Source of the DNA: Opitutales bacterium
GTDB lineage: Bacteria; Verrucomicrobiota; Verrucomicrobiia; Opitutales; PNEW01
DNA: 64,000 bases
Direction: 5' to 3'
Assembly: GCA_965197745.1 (NCBI GenBank)
Contig: CBDANS010000006.1
Coordinates: 416,001-480,000, forward strand
Shown: one piece after another, positions 9,990-21,054 of the stretch
Numbering within the stretch: position 1 is the first letter of the stretch
Layout: every line of letters begins with the position of its first letter
Notes under the pieces: model-generated
What the model was told of the DNA's origin: nothing
Seen by the model: the letters and a program-made list of their open reading frames with translations, nothing else
The model's database searches: none
Made by a program: the position numbers and the translations under genes

Positions 9990-11396
9990 ATGGCAGCGAC
10001 ATCAACCATAGATATTGATAGAGATAAGGGGAACTTTCATTACGATACGCAGTACGAATACGATGCGGGCATCGGTCTTAATGAGGACACGGTGCGCTAT
10101 ATTTCCGAAGTCAAGGGTGAAGACGAATGGGTGCGTGATTTTCGTATGAAGGCGTTAAAAATATATGGAAGCAAACCATTGCCTACCCACTGGGCTTCCG
10201 AGGATCTGGAGAACATTGATTTTAAAAAGATTCGATATTACCTGGCCAAAGGACAGCAGCCCAGTCGATCCTGGGATGAAGTTCCCGACGACGTTAAAGA
10301 GACCTTTGAACGCCTGGGGATTCCGGAACAGGAACGGAAGTACCTCGCTGGCGTGGAGGCGCAGTTTGACAGCGAAGCCGCCTACTCAAACACCAAGGAG
10401 CAACTGTCTAAAGAGGGTGTTCTTTTTATCGGGTCCACAGAGGGGTTAAAGGAACACCCGGAAATTTTCCGAAAATGGTTTGGGAAAATTATACCCTCCG
10501 GCGACAACAAGTTCAGCGCACTCAACAGCGCCGTCTTCAGCGGCGGCAGTTTTATTTATGTGCCACCCGGGGTGAAAGTTCGGCAACCCTTACAAGCCTA
10601 TTTCCGAATAAATGCCGAGAACTTCGGCCAATTTGAACGCACCCTGATCATTGCCGATGAGGGAGCCGAAGTCACCTATATGGAGGGTTGCACAGCGCCA
10701 AAATTCGAGACCACCACGCTGCATAGTGCGGTTGTCGAACTGGTCGCGCTGAAAGGGGCGAAAATTCAGTACATTACTGTGCAGAACTGGTCTAATAATG
10801 TTTTCAACCTTGTAACCAAGCGCGGCATGGCGATGGAAGAAGCCGAAATCAAATGGATCGATTGCAACATCGGCAGCCGTCTTACGATGAAGTATCCCTC
10901 GGTTATCCTCAAAGGAGAAAAAAGCCGAGGCGAGGTGCTTTCCATCGCTCTGGCTAATAACGGACAACACCAGGATACTGGGGCAAAGATGATTCATGCC
11001 GCTAACGAAACATCGTCCAACATTATCGCCAAGAGTATCAGCGTGGGGAAAGGGCGCTCCTCTTATCGGGGGTTGGTCAGTATACCCAAGCACCTGAAAA
11101 ATTGTAAGAACAACACCGAATGTGACGCCCTGCTCATCAACAGCAATAGCCGCACCGATACTTACCCCGCGATTTCAGTCCGGGGAGATGGCAATTCAGT
11201 GCAGCATGAAGCCAGCGTCTCCAAGGTGAGTGCCGAACAGATATTTTATATGATGCAACGCGGTTTGACTGAAGGTGAAGCGATGAGCCTCAGTGTTAAC
11301 GGCTTTGTCAACGATCTTATCCGTCAGTTCCCGATGGAATACAGCGTGGAACTCAAGCGCCTCATTGATATGGAAATGGAAGGGTCGGTCGGATAA
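9990..11396 (+). CDS. sufB: Fe-S assembly protein SufB
   Basis: [52 protein letters not shown]-terminal EGSVG. Confidence 0.97.
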   Translation: MAATSTIDIDRDKGNFHYDTQYEYDAGIGLNEDTVRYISEVKGEDEWVRDFRMKALKIYGSKPLPTHWASEDLENIDFKKIRYYLAKGQQPSRSWDEVPDDVKETFERLGIPEQERKYLAGVEAQFDSEAAYSNTKEQLSKEGVLFIGSTEGLKEHPEIFRKWFGKIIPSGDNKFSALNSAVFSGGSFIYVPPGVKVRQPLQAYFRINAENFGQFERTLIIADEGAEVTYMEGCTAPKFETTTLHSAVVELVALKGAKIQYITVQNWSNNVFNLVTKRGMAMEEAEIKWIDCNIGSRLTMKYPSVILKGEKSRGEVLSIALANNGQHQDTGAKMIHAANETSSNIIAKSISVGKGRSSYRGLVSIPKHLKNCKNNTECDALLINSNSRTDTYPAISVRGDGNSVQHEASVSKVSAEQIFYMMQRGLTEGEAMSLSVNGFVNDLIRQFPMEYSVELKRLIDMEMEGSVG

Positions 11397-11459
11397 ACCT
11401 GTCGGAGACAGGATGTGAACCGCAGAATTTAAAACGTTAAAAGATAAAGGCAGGGATAC

Positions 11460-12809
11460 ATGCTTGAGGCCAGATCAGCCGATCTCGCAAGACTTAGAGA
11501 TAATTCCAGCGAGGTGACCGACAAAGAAACTTTCACCCATCATCTGGAAGGAATAAATGGTGTGCCAGAATGGCTACTGGATCTTAAGCGTGCTGCGTGG
11601 GACAAGTTTGTCGCTACACCCATGCCAAAACGAACCGAGGATACCTGGCGCTTTTCTAAGATTCGGGGGCTCAATCTGGATAATTTTCATCGGCAGAGTG
11701 ATGATCTATCGATTAAAGAAGAAACGCTGCTGGAACAATCCAGTCAACTCAGCTCAGTTTCGGGCAAAATCATCTTTGCCGATGACCGTCAGTGTGGAAG
11801 TGTGGATTACGATCAGGAATTACACGAAAAAGGGGTGATCTGGACAACCCTGGAGGATGCCTTTCTCAATCACCGTGATCTTGTCAAAAAATATTTTACT
11901 GCCGATTTGCCAAATCTTGGCGCGGAAAAATTTGGCGCTTTACATTATGCGCTTTCTACCAGCGGTTCTTTTCTCTACATTCCACAGGGTGTTGAGATCG
12001 AAATCCCTTTTGCCACCTATAATTGGATCTCTACCGACAGTATGGCCGTATTCCCCCACACTATTGTTATTGCCGATGATAATGCCAAGGTAAGTCTCGT
12101 AAATTTCTTTAACAGTGTGAAGCCGGACCACCGTAACCTGGCCATATCCTGTTCCAATATTTATGCCGGACCAGGGAGTCACATTTCTTACATGGCGGTT
12201 CAAGATTGGAACCTGAAGACCCAAAGCTATCATCTCAATACCGCTAATGCTGAACGTGACGCCGAAATTAAAAGTATTAATATTAATTTAGGATCTTCCT
12301 ATATGCGCCACGAGCATCACACCCGGATGCTTGGTTCCGGCAGTAAGGTTGATACTTATTCTCTGAGTGTCGCCACTGGTAAACAGGAGTTTGATCAGCG
12401 CAGCTTGCAAACGCATTCCGCGCCCCATGCCGTTTCCGATCTTCTTTTTAAAAACACCCTTTTTAATCAATCGCGCACCATCTTTTCCGGACTTATTCGC
12501 GTCGATGAAAATGCCCAGAAAACGGACGCCTATCAGACTAATCGCAACCTCCTTCTCAGCGATACCGCCGAAGCCAACTCGCTGCCCGGTCTTGAAATCC
12601 TGGCAGACGATGTCAAGTGCAGTCACGGTGCGACGACCGGCCGCCTTGATCGGAATCAGTTATTCTATATGCTTTCACGCGGAATATCCGAACGCATAGC
12701 ACAACAACTTATGGTATTCGGTTTTTTCGAAGAGATTATTGATAAGATTGATAACCGGGAACTGGCTGATAATATTCGTACTATCATACGCGGCAAACTC
12801 CACGATTAA
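11460..12809 (+). CDS. sufD: Fe-S assembly protein SufD
   Basis: FSGLIRV, QKTDAYQTNRNLLLS, PGLEILADDVKCSHGAT, FYMLSRGI; follows sufB. Confidence 0.95.
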   Translation: MLEARSADLARLRDNSSEVTDKETFTHHLEGINGVPEWLLDLKRAAWDKFVATPMPKRTEDTWRFSKIRGLNLDNFHRQSDDLSIKEETLLEQSSQLSSVSGKIIFADDRQCGSVDYDQELHEKGVIWTTLEDAFLNHRDLVKKYFTADLPNLGAEKFGALHYALSTSGSFLYIPQGVEIEIPFATYNWISTDSMAVFPHTIVIADDNAKVSLVNFFNSVKPDHRNLAISCSNIYAGPGSHISYMAVQDWNLKTQSYHLNTANAERDAEIKSININLGSSYMRHEHHTRMLGSGSKVDTYSLSVATGKQEFDQRSLQTHSAPHAVSDLLFKNTLFNQSRTIFSGLIRVDENAQKTDAYQTNRNLLLSDTAEANSLPGLEILADDVKCSHGATTGRLDRNQLFYMLSRGISERIAQQLMVFGFFEEIIDKIDNRELADNIRTIIRGKLHD

Positions 12810-12836
12810 TCAGCTGTTGTCCAAGCGGTCATCACC

Positions 12837-13391
12837 ATGCCTAGAGAAGAAGAAAGAATACTATCCCGCGATTGTCAGGCTACCGTTGTACCCTCTGGAG
12901 AATCAGTAACTATACCTGAAGGGAGCAAGGTAAACATCACTCACCAGCTCGGCGGTAACTTTACCGTAGTCTGGGACTATGGAATGGCCCGAATTGAGAG
13001 TGCCAATGCTGACGCTCTCGGGGAAGAAGTTAAAACGGCACCCACTGTACCCTGTGCTTCCGAGGCGCACCAGGGTGCGCCGGATGAAGCGGCAATCTGG
13101 GACCAGTTAAAAACCGTTTTTGATCCGGAAATTCCAGTCAATATCGTCGATCTCGGGCTGGTCTATTCTATGACTGTTAAGGAAGAAGAGGACGACACTT
13201 ATAATGTTGATGTAACGATGACCCTCACCGCGCCGGGATGCGGGATGGGACCGGTGATTGCCGAAGACGCAAAAAGCAAAATGATTGAAGTACCCGGGGT
13301 GAGTGAAGCGCGTGTTGAACTGGTTTGGGATCCGCCCTGGAACCAGGATATGATCAGCGAAGCGGGTAAGATGGAACTCGGGCTGATCTGA
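12837..13391 (+). CDS. sufT: Fe-S assembly protein SufT (DUF59)
   Basis: ITHQLGGNFT N-domain; DPEIPVNIVDLGLVY, MTLTAPGCGMG, VWDPPW. Confidence 0.93.
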   Translation: MPREEERILSRDCQATVVPSGESVTIPEGSKVNITHQLGGNFTVVWDYGMARIESANADALGEEVKTAPTVPCASEAHQGAPDEAAIWDQLKTVFDPEIPVNIVDLGLVYSMTVKEEEDDTYNVDVTMTLTAPGCGMGPVIAEDAKSKMIEVPGVSEARVELVWDPPWNQDMISEAGKMELGLI

Positions 13392-13443
13392 TATATTCTC
13401 ACCCGTGCTCGCAATCGCCCGTATTTCGGTAACCGTCGAAAAC

Positions 13444-14808
13444 TTAGCTGCGGTTATCAACTCGCTCGCGTGTATCCCAGGGATGGGGAGGGTGTTTTTC
13501 CCGCTGTGCATCCAGATTCCGATCAGATGGCTCTCCAACAATCGCCTCCTCCGGCGCAGGCACCGCTCCTTTAAGTAATGGATCAATCGTCTTTCGCATC
13601 CACTGATCGAGGCGCTCCCGCAATTCCTCGAGGACTTCGGCATATCCCTGATCGCCGACTAGGTTATTCACTTCATTAGGATCGATGACGAGATCGTACA
13701 ATCCCTCCATCGCCAATGATCGATCCTCCCATCCGTGCTTAAGTAAAAAGTCTCGGGATAAACCAGAATCTACATTAATGACATATTTTTTGGAGTATTC
13801 TCTGAAATGACGTATGTATTTCCACCTTGTAGTTCTCATAGAACGCATCGGCTGATAACCGGCGTGGTAGTTGATTTCGGCAAAAATTTCTTTATTAATT
13901 TCATCTTTTTCATTTCGTATGAGTGGCTTCAATGAATGCCCTTCCAGCCATGCGGGAACTTCAATAGCAAGCAAATCGCAAAGGGTCGGGTAAATGTCGA
14001 TCTGCGAGACGAGCGCATCACACACTTTTCCACCTTGAAATCCCCCGGGTCCCCGCATTATCAGCATGACCCCCGTACCCTGGTCATTGAGATTGCACTT
14101 CATGTTAGGAAATGCCAATCCGTGATCAGTAGTGCAAATAACCAGGGTGTTCTCTGCCAGTCCGCAATCGTCGAGGGATTTAAGGATGGCACCTATGATT
14201 TCGTCGAGGATTCTCGCGCTCGCTTTATACGCGGCCATATCTTCCCGGGTCTCACGGGTGTCAGGAAGCGGGAACGGAGGTATACAATAAAATGGATTTT
14301 CTGCGGGACCCGGGGAGGGAAATACCCGGTGTGTTTCGGAATAGCCTACGGTCAGGAAGAACGGCTGAGAGGGCGTGTTTTTTAGAAAATCCAGAACATT
14401 ATTGGTTGTATCCGAAGATATATTCAACGATGGGTATAATGAAGCTCGCTTAGCCTCAACAATCCGATCGTATCCCAGCAAATTGGGATCAAGGTGGAGA
14501 TGTTGAACACCATATAATGCGGTATAATAATTATTGCGTCTAAGGGTATGAGCCAAGTGCTTATCCGTATCGCGTAAATAGAAGCCGAGATTCGCTAGAC
14601 CTAATTGACCGCAGCTGTGAGGGCATTGGCCCGTGAGCAGCGCAGCCCGGCTCGGAGAACATGTCGGGGCCGCACAATGTGCCTGCCTGAATACGACGCC
14701 CTCTTGTGCCAGGCGTTGAATATTTGGCGTGGGAACGGCGTAGCCGTAGGGCTGAACATAGCGCCCGGTATCATGCGAGTGTAAATATAAAATGTTCGGG
14801 CGATTCAT
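13444..14808 (-). CDS. Formylglycine-dependent sulfatase (sulfamidase-like)
   Basis: PNILYLHSHD, CSPSRAALLTG signature, TTDHG; likely start MNRPNIL at 14808. Confidence 0.92.
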   Translation of the reverse strand: MNRPNILYLHSHDTGRYVQPYGYAVPTPNIQRLAQEGVVFRQAHCAAPTCSPSRAALLTGQCPHSCGQLGLANLGFYLRDTDKHLAHTLRRNNYYTALYGVQHLHLDPNLLGYDRIVEAKRASLYPSLNISSDTTNNVLDFLKNTPSQPFFLTVGYSETHRVFPSPGPAENPFYCIPPFPLPDTRETREDMAAYKASARILDEIIGAILKSLDDCGLAENTLVICTTDHGLAFPNMKCNLNDQGTGVMLIMRGPGGFQGGKVCDALVSQIDIYPTLCDLLAIEVPAWLEGHSLKPLIRNEKDEINKEIFAEINYHAGYQPMRSMRTTRWKYIRHFREYSKKYVINVDSGLSRDFLLKHGWEDRSLAMEGLYDLVIDPNEVNNLVGDQGYAEVLEELRERLDQWMRKTIDPLLKGAVPAPEEAIVGEPSDRNLDAQREKHPPHPWDTRERVDNRS

Positions 14809-14844
14809 TTTAAAATTCTTAGTCAATAAAGATACTACTAAGAA

Positions 14845-15996
14845 TCAAGATATACTTTGAAGAGAAACCGCGACGCCCATGCCTCCGCCTACGCAGAGTG
14901 AGGCCAGACCCTTTTGCGTTTTACCCGCATGAATACGATGAGCGATGTGGGTGGCAAGGCGGGCTCCACTCGCTCCGACCGGATGGCCGAGAGCGATAGC
15001 TCCCCCATCCTGGTTCACTTTATCCCGGTCCAGTTTTAATTCATTGAGGCAGGCCAGAGTCTGAACCGCGAAAGCTTCATTAATTTCTACGGTGTCAAAA
15101 TTATCAACTTCACACCCGTATTGTTCACACAATTTTCTCGTGGCGTAAACCGGCCCAAGCCCCATGTATTTTGGGTCGCATCCAACAGAAGCCCAGGTGC
15201 CTAATTCAGCGAGGGGTTCCCAGTTATGATCACGCAACGCCTTTTCACCGCACACTACCAGCATCGCCGCTCCGTCATTAATTCCTGAGGAGTTGCCCGC
15301 CGTAACACTTCCCTTTTTATCAAAGACGGGCTTCAGGGTAGCGAGCTGCTCCAGGGTTGTCTCCGGTCGTGGGTGTTCATCCTTGTCGAGTCCATCCACA
15401 GTTATTATCTCTTCAGCATAATGACCCGCGCTCACGGCATCGGCGTATCGCCTCTGACTGATTTCAGCAAATGTATCCTGTTCTTTACGGCTGATTTTAT
15501 ACTCATTAGCAAGACGTTCAGCAGTCGTTCCCATGTGTTGATGATCAAAGCTGTCAACCAGTCCGTCGCGCAAGATGGAGTCAATTACCGCTCCATCACC
15601 TAATTTGTAACCTTGACGCGCGCGCTCAAGCAGGTAGGGCGCATTCGACATCGATTCGGTTCCACCGCACAAAACAACAAATGCCTCTTCTGCCTTGATC
15701 GCTTGAGCAGCCAGAATTATCGACCAGAGTCCTGATGCACACATCATGTTTACCGTATATGCCGGTCGATCAAGAGGGACTCCCACCTTGACACCGATCT
15801 GACGGGCAATGTTCATCCCCTGCCCCGCGCTCAGAATATTACCGATGATAACCCCATCAATCACCGTTGGATCGATTTCAGCGAGCGCTTTATTTCCGGC
15901 AGCAACCGCGAGATCTACCGCTGAGTGAGAAGATAGTTTACCGAGAAAACGACCCTGCGGCGTACGTTTTGCGGCGATAATGAAATAACGACTCAT
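14845..15996 (-). CDS. Acetyl-CoA C-acyltransferase (thiolase)
   Basis: [22 protein letters not shown] and LCVGGGMG catalytic motifs. Confidence 0.95.
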   Translation of the reverse strand: MSRYFIIAAKRTPQGRFLGKLSSHSAVDLAVAAGNKALAEIDPTVIDGVIIGNILSAGQGMNIARQIGVKVGVPLDRPAYTVNMMCASGLWSIILAAQAIKAEEAFVVLCGGTESMSNAPYLLERARQGYKLGDGAVIDSILRDGLVDSFDHQHMGTTAERLANEYKISRKEQDTFAEISQRRYADAVSAGHYAEEIITVDGLDKDEHPRPETTLEQLATLKPVFDKKGSVTAGNSSGINDGAAMLVVCGEKALRDHNWEPLAELGTWASVGCDPKYMGLGPVYATRKLCEQYGCEVDNFDTVEINEAFAVQTLACLNELKLDRDKVNQDGGAIALGHPVGASGARLATHIAHRIHAGKTQKGLASLCVGGGMGVAVSLQSIS

Positions 15997-16039
15997 AACC
16001 TGAAGTCACTCTATCAAAAAATGTTTTTACTGCTCCCGC

Positions 16040-16987
16040 TTACCCTCTCAGTGTTCCCGCTAATTGATCGTTAAGAAAATCCTGGTAGGTTTTCTCGAGA
16101 CCCACTTCCAGTGATATTCCCGGCTTCCAGCCCGTGGCAATGATACGCCCGACATCAAGCAACTTGCGCGGCGTGCCGTCGGGTTTACCCGTGTCAAATT
16201 TTATCTCACCGGTGTAACCAATTACTCTTTTTACTAACTGTGCCAATTCCTCAATTGTTACATCCACACCCGTGCCAATATTAATCCAATCCGGTGGATC
16301 ACTGAGCTGCAGCATATGTATCACCCCACTCGCCAGGTCCTCGACATGGAGAAATTCTCGGCGCACCTTGCCGGTCCCCCAAATTGTCATCTCCGCCATC
16401 CCTTTCTCTTTAGCCTCGTGAAAACGTCGTATAAGCGCGGGGATAACATGGCTGTTTTCCAGGTGATAATTGTCACCCGGTCCATATAAATTAGTGGGCA
16501 TAGCCGAGTGAAAGAGAACCCCGTATTGCTTTCGGTAATATTGGCAGAGCTTGAGGCCAGCAATTTTAGCAATAGAGTAGGCTTCATTAGTGGCTTCCAG
16601 GGGACTGGAAAGAAGGGAGTCTTCAGACATCGGTTGCGACGAGCCGCGCGGATAAATGCAGGAACTTCCGAGATAAAGAAGCCGTTTAACCCCGTGACGG
16701 TAAGCAGCGTGAATGGTATTCAGGGCGATAGCCAGATTTTCGTAAATAAATTCCGCGGGGTAGGTGTGATTTGCGAGGATGCCCCCCACTTTAGCAGCGG
16801 CAACAATTACTATCTCGGGTTTTTCATTCTGAAAAAAAGCATCTACGGCAGAACCATCGCAAAGGTCGAGCTCCTGGTGTGTTCGCAATACGAGCTTGTC
16901 GAAGCTATTTTCGTGCATCAGCCTTATGATCGCGGAGCCCACCATACCCTGATGCCCCGAGACATATATTTTATCCATCGACTGCAT
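16040..16987 (-). CDS. fcl: GDP-L-fucose synthase
   Basis: [48 protein letters not shown]. Confidence 0.95.
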   Translation of the reverse strand: MQSMDKIYVSGHQGMVGSAIIRLMHENSFDKLVLRTHQELDLCDGSAVDAFFQNEKPEIVIVAAAKVGGILANHTYPAEFIYENLAIALNTIHAAYRHGVKRLLYLGSSCIYPRGSSQPMSEDSLLSSPLEATNEAYSIAKIAGLKLCQYYRKQYGVLFHSAMPTNLYGPGDNYHLENSHVIPALIRRFHEAKEKGMAEMTIWGTGKVRREFLHVEDLASGVIHMLQLSDPPDWINIGTGVDVTIEELAQLVKRVIGYTGEIKFDTGKPDGTPRKLLDVGRIIATGWKPGISLEVGLEKTYQDFLNDQLAGTLRG

Positions 16988-16992
16988 TTAGA

Positions 16993-18018
16993 CTAAGCTT
17001 TATCTTTACTCACAGCATCCTGGTATTTTTTTTCATTTTCAGCCGCTTCCAAATCCGCTTCTACCATGATTTTAACAAGCTCTTTGAATTTTACTTTTGG
17101 CTCCCACTCGAGCTGCTTTTTAGCCTTGATCGGGTTCCCTTTTAAGAGGTTTACCTCGGCTGGCCGTTCATAGCGATCATCATAGTTAACATATTCCTTC
17201 CAATCCAAATCCACAAGGGAAAATGCCTCTTCGCAAAAATCCTTTACACTGTGTGTTTCATTTGTCGCGATGACATAATCATCGGAATTTTCCTGTTGTA
17301 GCATAATCCACATCGCTTCAACAAACTCCGGCGCATAGCCCCAGTCGCGCTGAGCGTCAAGGTTGCCGAGGAAAAGACTGTCCTGTAACCCTATTTTGAT
17401 TCGCGCCACCGCTTGTGTTATTTTTCGCGTGACAAATGTTTCACCCCGCCGGGGGGATTCATGATTAAAAAGAATGCCGTTGTTGGCATGCAGACTGTAA
17501 GATTCACGGTAATTGACGGTAAGCCAAAAAGCGTAAACCTTGGCGCAACCATAAGGGGAACGGGGGTGGAACGGGGTTGTTTCCGTCTGTGGCACTTCCT
17601 GGACTTCACCAAACATTTCGGAGGAGGATGCCTGGTAGAAACGGACGCGCCGCTCGAGTCCGGCTTCGCGAACCGCTTCAAGAATTCTCACGGTACTTAA
17701 ACCGGAAACATCTCCCGTATACTCAGGCATATCAAAAGACACGCGCACATGGCTCTGGGCTCCGAGATTATAAATTTCCTCGGGTTTAAGTTCATAGATG
17801 AGTTTTACCATACGGACCGAGTCGGCTAAATCACCATAGTGGAGAAAAAGACGCGTGCCAATGACATGCGGGTCGCGGTAAAGGTGGTCGATACGGTCGG
17901 TATTAAAGGTAGAAGCCCGGCGAATAATACCGTGTACTTCATATCCTTTTGCGAGAAGATATTCCGCCAGATAGGAACCGTCCTGACCTGTTATTCCAGT
18001 TATTAGAGCACGTGTCAT
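16993..18018 (-). CDS. gmd: GDP-mannose 4,6-dehydratase
   Basis: [47 protein letters not shown]. Confidence 0.97.
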   Translation of the reverse strand: MTRALITGITGQDGSYLAEYLLAKGYEVHGIIRRASTFNTDRIDHLYRDPHVIGTRLFLHYGDLADSVRMVKLIYELKPEEIYNLGAQSHVRVSFDMPEYTGDVSGLSTVRILEAVREAGLERRVRFYQASSSEMFGEVQEVPQTETTPFHPRSPYGCAKVYAFWLTVNYRESYSLHANNGILFNHESPRRGETFVTRKITQAVARIKIGLQDSLFLGNLDAQRDWGYAPEFVEAMWIMLQQENSDDYVIATNETHSVKDFCEEAFSLVDLDWKEYVNYDDRYERPAEVNLLKGNPIKAKKQLEWEPKVKFKELVKIMVEADLEAAENEKKYQDAVSKDKA

Positions 18019-18195
18019 AGAGAATATATTTACAGTGTATTGTCCTTTTAAAAGTAAACTGCTAACTGTGTAATATCTGCTTCATCCTGACAACTTATTT
18101 GTTTCCCGTGATTCTACTCAGGTGAAGGGACAAGAAACCGATTTCCATTACCTAACTTGACCTGTGCTGAAAACAATCATGAAGCAGTTTCAATA

Positions 18196-19542
18196 TCATG
18201 TTTCAAACGGGTCAAGAAGCGGCTCTCGCCAATGGTTCAGCAATTCAACCCTGTCCCAATCGAGAATATAGGGAGTCATTTGATCGCCAATATCTCGCAT
18301 TAATGCGCTCCGTTTGAAGGCACGGGTATCCTTGGGTGGTTCGATTTTCGACTCTGAGATTGCTTCAGGTTCCCACATCCCATCACTGTTGGCCATGGCC
18401 AGTCCCAGGCTGTAAGCAGGATCTACGTTGTGATATTCTATATCCTGAGATTTGAGCCACGGATCATCCCAATCAAGATTTTCACTCGTCATGAAACTTT
18501 CAAGAAGATGCTGCTTGGTCACCCAATCGAGAATGCCAACAAGTTCAATTTTATCACCGGCCAGAGATTGAAGCACGCTTCTCCAGAGATTAAGAATGGA
18601 ATCGGTCTCACCGTTCCGATGCCGATACAGCGCGTCTGCATTTTCCCAGTACTTATAGAGCAGCTCAATGGCGTCCTCTACCTGACCGTCACTGGTGGTC
18701 ACCTCCCAGGGGGGTTCGATTTTACCATTTAAGGCATGCAAAGTACTCACCGCGTCGGCTAACTCGATCTCCGGTAAGCAATCGTCTTCGAGAAGATCGA
18801 GAACAAGTGAAGACGATCCGACTTTGAGGAAAAGAGCCGCAGGTAAAACGCTGCTGTCGCTGTGCAAAAGATGGAGCCGTCGATATTTCCTGGGGTCCGC
18901 GAGTGGTTCATCGCGCGTGTTAATGATAGCGCGGTTGTGCTGTACCCATTGAAAGAAATCGTTATGGATGTAATCCGCGCGCTGGCTCAACTGGAAGGGA
19001 GTTAAGTCCTCAATGACAATCGAGTGATGGAATAATCTCCCTTCTTTTGCCGATCCAACCCTTCCCGAACCTGTAAATATTACCCGAAGGGTCTGAAAGG
19101 CCAGGAGTGATAACACGTTTTTTTCCGTCAGGGGCGCATGCCGATCCATGCTGTAATTCTCGTGACAACCAAAGGTAGCACCTGTGAAGTGATCGATATT
19201 ATTGCGAAAAAATTTAACCTGTCCGTGAAAACCGAGTTCATCGACCGCTTCGACAAGAAGAAGATCGCCGGCCCGATCATAACGCACCGTATCAACGGCG
19301 CTGCCACATTCCGGAGTGCAATACTCGATGTGACCCATGTCGACGTAAATACGCCCACCGTTAAAGAGAAAACCTCCGTTCCCCACGGGCTCATCCCAAT
19401 CCCGATCATGAGTATCGATGAGACCGAACTTGTTGTTTTTAAAAAACCAATCACGAATTTCCGGGAGCACGAACTCAGGGACAAGTGGCTGTTCAATCAG
19501 ACAGCCGTATTCTGTCTCCAATCCAATGATACGGCGGGCCAT
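18196..19542 (-). CDS. pafA: Pup/UBact-protein ligase PafA
   Basis: GLETEYG, NGGRIYVDMGHIEYCTPEC, FGCHENY, SQRAD, IINTRDEP, C-terminal DW...DPF; no Dop loop; likely start MARRIIG at 19542. Confidence 0.88.
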   Translation of the reverse strand: MARRIIGLETEYGCLIEQPLVPEFVLPEIRDWFFKNNKFGLIDTHDRDWDEPVGNGGFLFNGGRIYVDMGHIEYCTPECGSAVDTVRYDRAGDLLLVEAVDELGFHGQVKFFRNNIDHFTGATFGCHENYSMDRHAPLTEKNVLSLLAFQTLRVIFTGSGRVGSAKEGRLFHHSIVIEDLTPFQLSQRADYIHNDFFQWVQHNRAIINTRDEPLADPRKYRRLHLLHSDSSVLPAALFLKVGSSSLVLDLLEDDCLPEIELADAVSTLHALNGKIEPPWEVTTSDGQVEDAIELLYKYWENADALYRHRNGETDSILNLWRSVLQSLAGDKIELVGILDWVTKQHLLESFMTSENLDWDDPWLKSQDIEYHNVDPAYSLGLAMANSDGMWEPEAISESKIEPPKDTRAFKRSALMRDIGDQMTPYILDWDRVELLNHWREPLLDPFET

Positions 19543-19550
19543 GCGATGCG

Positions 19551-20270
19551 CTAAAGTTTCGCGACGTCCAAAGGCTGATAACACCCATTCCCCTTGGACT
19601 CGCGCTTAAGCAGGACAGCCTCAATCGTTTTTCCAGGCACTTGCAGAATCTTTTTTTTAGGGGCGATCAATCCGACATTTAAATTATCTTCTATAAGGGC
19701 GTTCCAGGCCGTAAGACAGAGCGAGATAACCCGTCCCAGATTATCCTCTTTATTGATTGTTTCGCGCAGCCATTCTGCGACTATGGCCTCTGTCCCCCAG
19801 ATGGGACCTGCCACCACGATACCGGTTGTTGAATACTCGTGGTTGCCGTCAAAACATAAACGGACAATGGCATCATTTTTCGGTGTTTTCCCTACTTCTG
19901 CCATTATCGATTCTACCATCAATGGCGGGGAAAATATTTGTTCGAAACTGTTCTTTAATGCCGGGCTGAGGGAAAAACTCACGAGACGTCGTAGCGACAC
20001 ATCCTCGGAGGATCGATTAAACCCCTCGGTATGGGCAGCTTCTATAGCCGTTTGTCTAAGTCTTTCAATATCGACGGGGTTACCGAGAGCGGCTAAAGCA
20101 TGCCGGTCATATATTTCATATACTTTTGACTGCCCGCTGCTCACCCCCAGTAAGAACACACCCTCAGGACGTGAAAGAGCAAAAACGGGAGTGCCTCCCT
20201 TAATCTGATCGAGAATGTACTCACGGCGATTCCTGATGGCGTCCAACCAGCGATAGGGTTCTTCATGCAT
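19551..20270 (-). CDS. prcA: 20S proteasome alpha subunit
   Basis: EEPYRWLDAIRNRREYI N-terminus and SKVYEIYDRHALAALG (compare actinobacterial QKISELYDRVGFAAAG); lies between prcB and pafA. Confidence 0.85.
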   Translation of the reverse strand: MHEEPYRWLDAIRNRREYILDQIKGGTPVFALSRPEGVFLLGVSSGQSKVYEIYDRHALAALGNPVDIERLRQTAIEAAHTEGFNRSSEDVSLRRLVSFSLSPALKNSFEQIFSPPLMVESIMAEVGKTPKNDAIVRLCFDGNHEYSTTGIVVAGPIWGTEAIVAEWLRETINKEDNLGRVISLCLTAWNALIEDNLNVGLIAPKKKILQVPGKTIEAVLLKRESKGNGCYQPLDVAKL

Positions 20271-20272
20271 GA

Positions 20273-21043
20273 TCACCCTGCCTTCCAGTATTTCAATTGT
20301 TCGTTGGCGTCGAGCGTGCGAACCCCGTCTTTAGAAAGTAATTTAATCGTTCCGAAAAGTTTACTTTCCGGTTTTACTCCACCCGTAGCAGTATCAAACT
20401 CCGCCGCGGTCATGAGCAGTCGATTGGCGAGGTTCGTGGATGCCTGCAAGTCCATCTCCGCGGGCTTGGGGTGACCCCATTTTTCCAGATAACTAAGAAC
20501 ACTTTTTATATGACTGGATCCGGAACCGGATGCGGCAAAACTGGTGGCCTCGAAATTAGCGCCTAGCGGATCATAAAAATAGATATTGGGGTCAGTCTTT
20601 TTTCCAACCTCATCCTGGCCCGCGAAGATAGGGGCGACCACGCCGATACCTTGAAGCGTAACGGGAAGGTTGTCGCGCAGGAGTCGGGAAAGAGCACGTA
20701 CTTTCGCTGACAGGCTCATCGACTGCAGCTGGCTGCGCCGATAAAATTCAAAAGCAGTGCGTAAAGTGCGAGCCATTTCTGTAGCGATCGCCGGTGATCC
20801 GGCAATGGCCATGATCGACCTTTCATCGAGTTCGAGTATTTTTTCTGCGCTATCGGAAAATATAATATTACCGCTTGTCGCGCGATGGTCTCCCGCAAAC
20901 ATTACCCCCTCTTCACTGTGAAAGGCAAAAACGGTGGTCGCTTCGAGTGTCGAAATCTGTTCACCCAACTGTTCTAAGCGAGGAAAGGGATTCTTCGGCA
21001 GCAGTGATAGGAAGTCGCCATTCATGGCGCGGGGATCACTCAT
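20273..21043 (-). CDS. prcB: 20S proteasome beta subunit
   Basis: 35-aa propeptide followed by TTVFAF..GDHRATSGN..EK, giving Thr1/Asp17/Lys33 at canonical spacing; SGSGS motif. Confidence 0.92.
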   Translation of the reverse strand: MSDPRAMNGDFLSLLPKNPFPRLEQLGEQISTLEATTVFAFHSEEGVMFAGDHRATSGNIIFSDSAEKILELDERSIMAIAGSPAIATEMARTLRTAFEFYRRSQLQSMSLSAKVRALSRLLRDNLPVTLQGIGVVAPIFAGQDEVGKKTDPNIYFYDPLGANFEATSFAASGSGSSHIKSVLSYLEKWGHPKPAEMDLQASTNLANRLLMTAAEFDTATGGVKPESKLFGTIKLLSKDGVRTLDANEQLKYWKAG

Positions 21044-21054
21044 AATAAAAATGC

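Noticed and set aside
19594..20208. 204-aa plus-strand ORF, and the many other short overlapping ORFs in the track
   Set aside because: Antisense or alternate-frame shadows of well-supported genes, with no recognisable motifs
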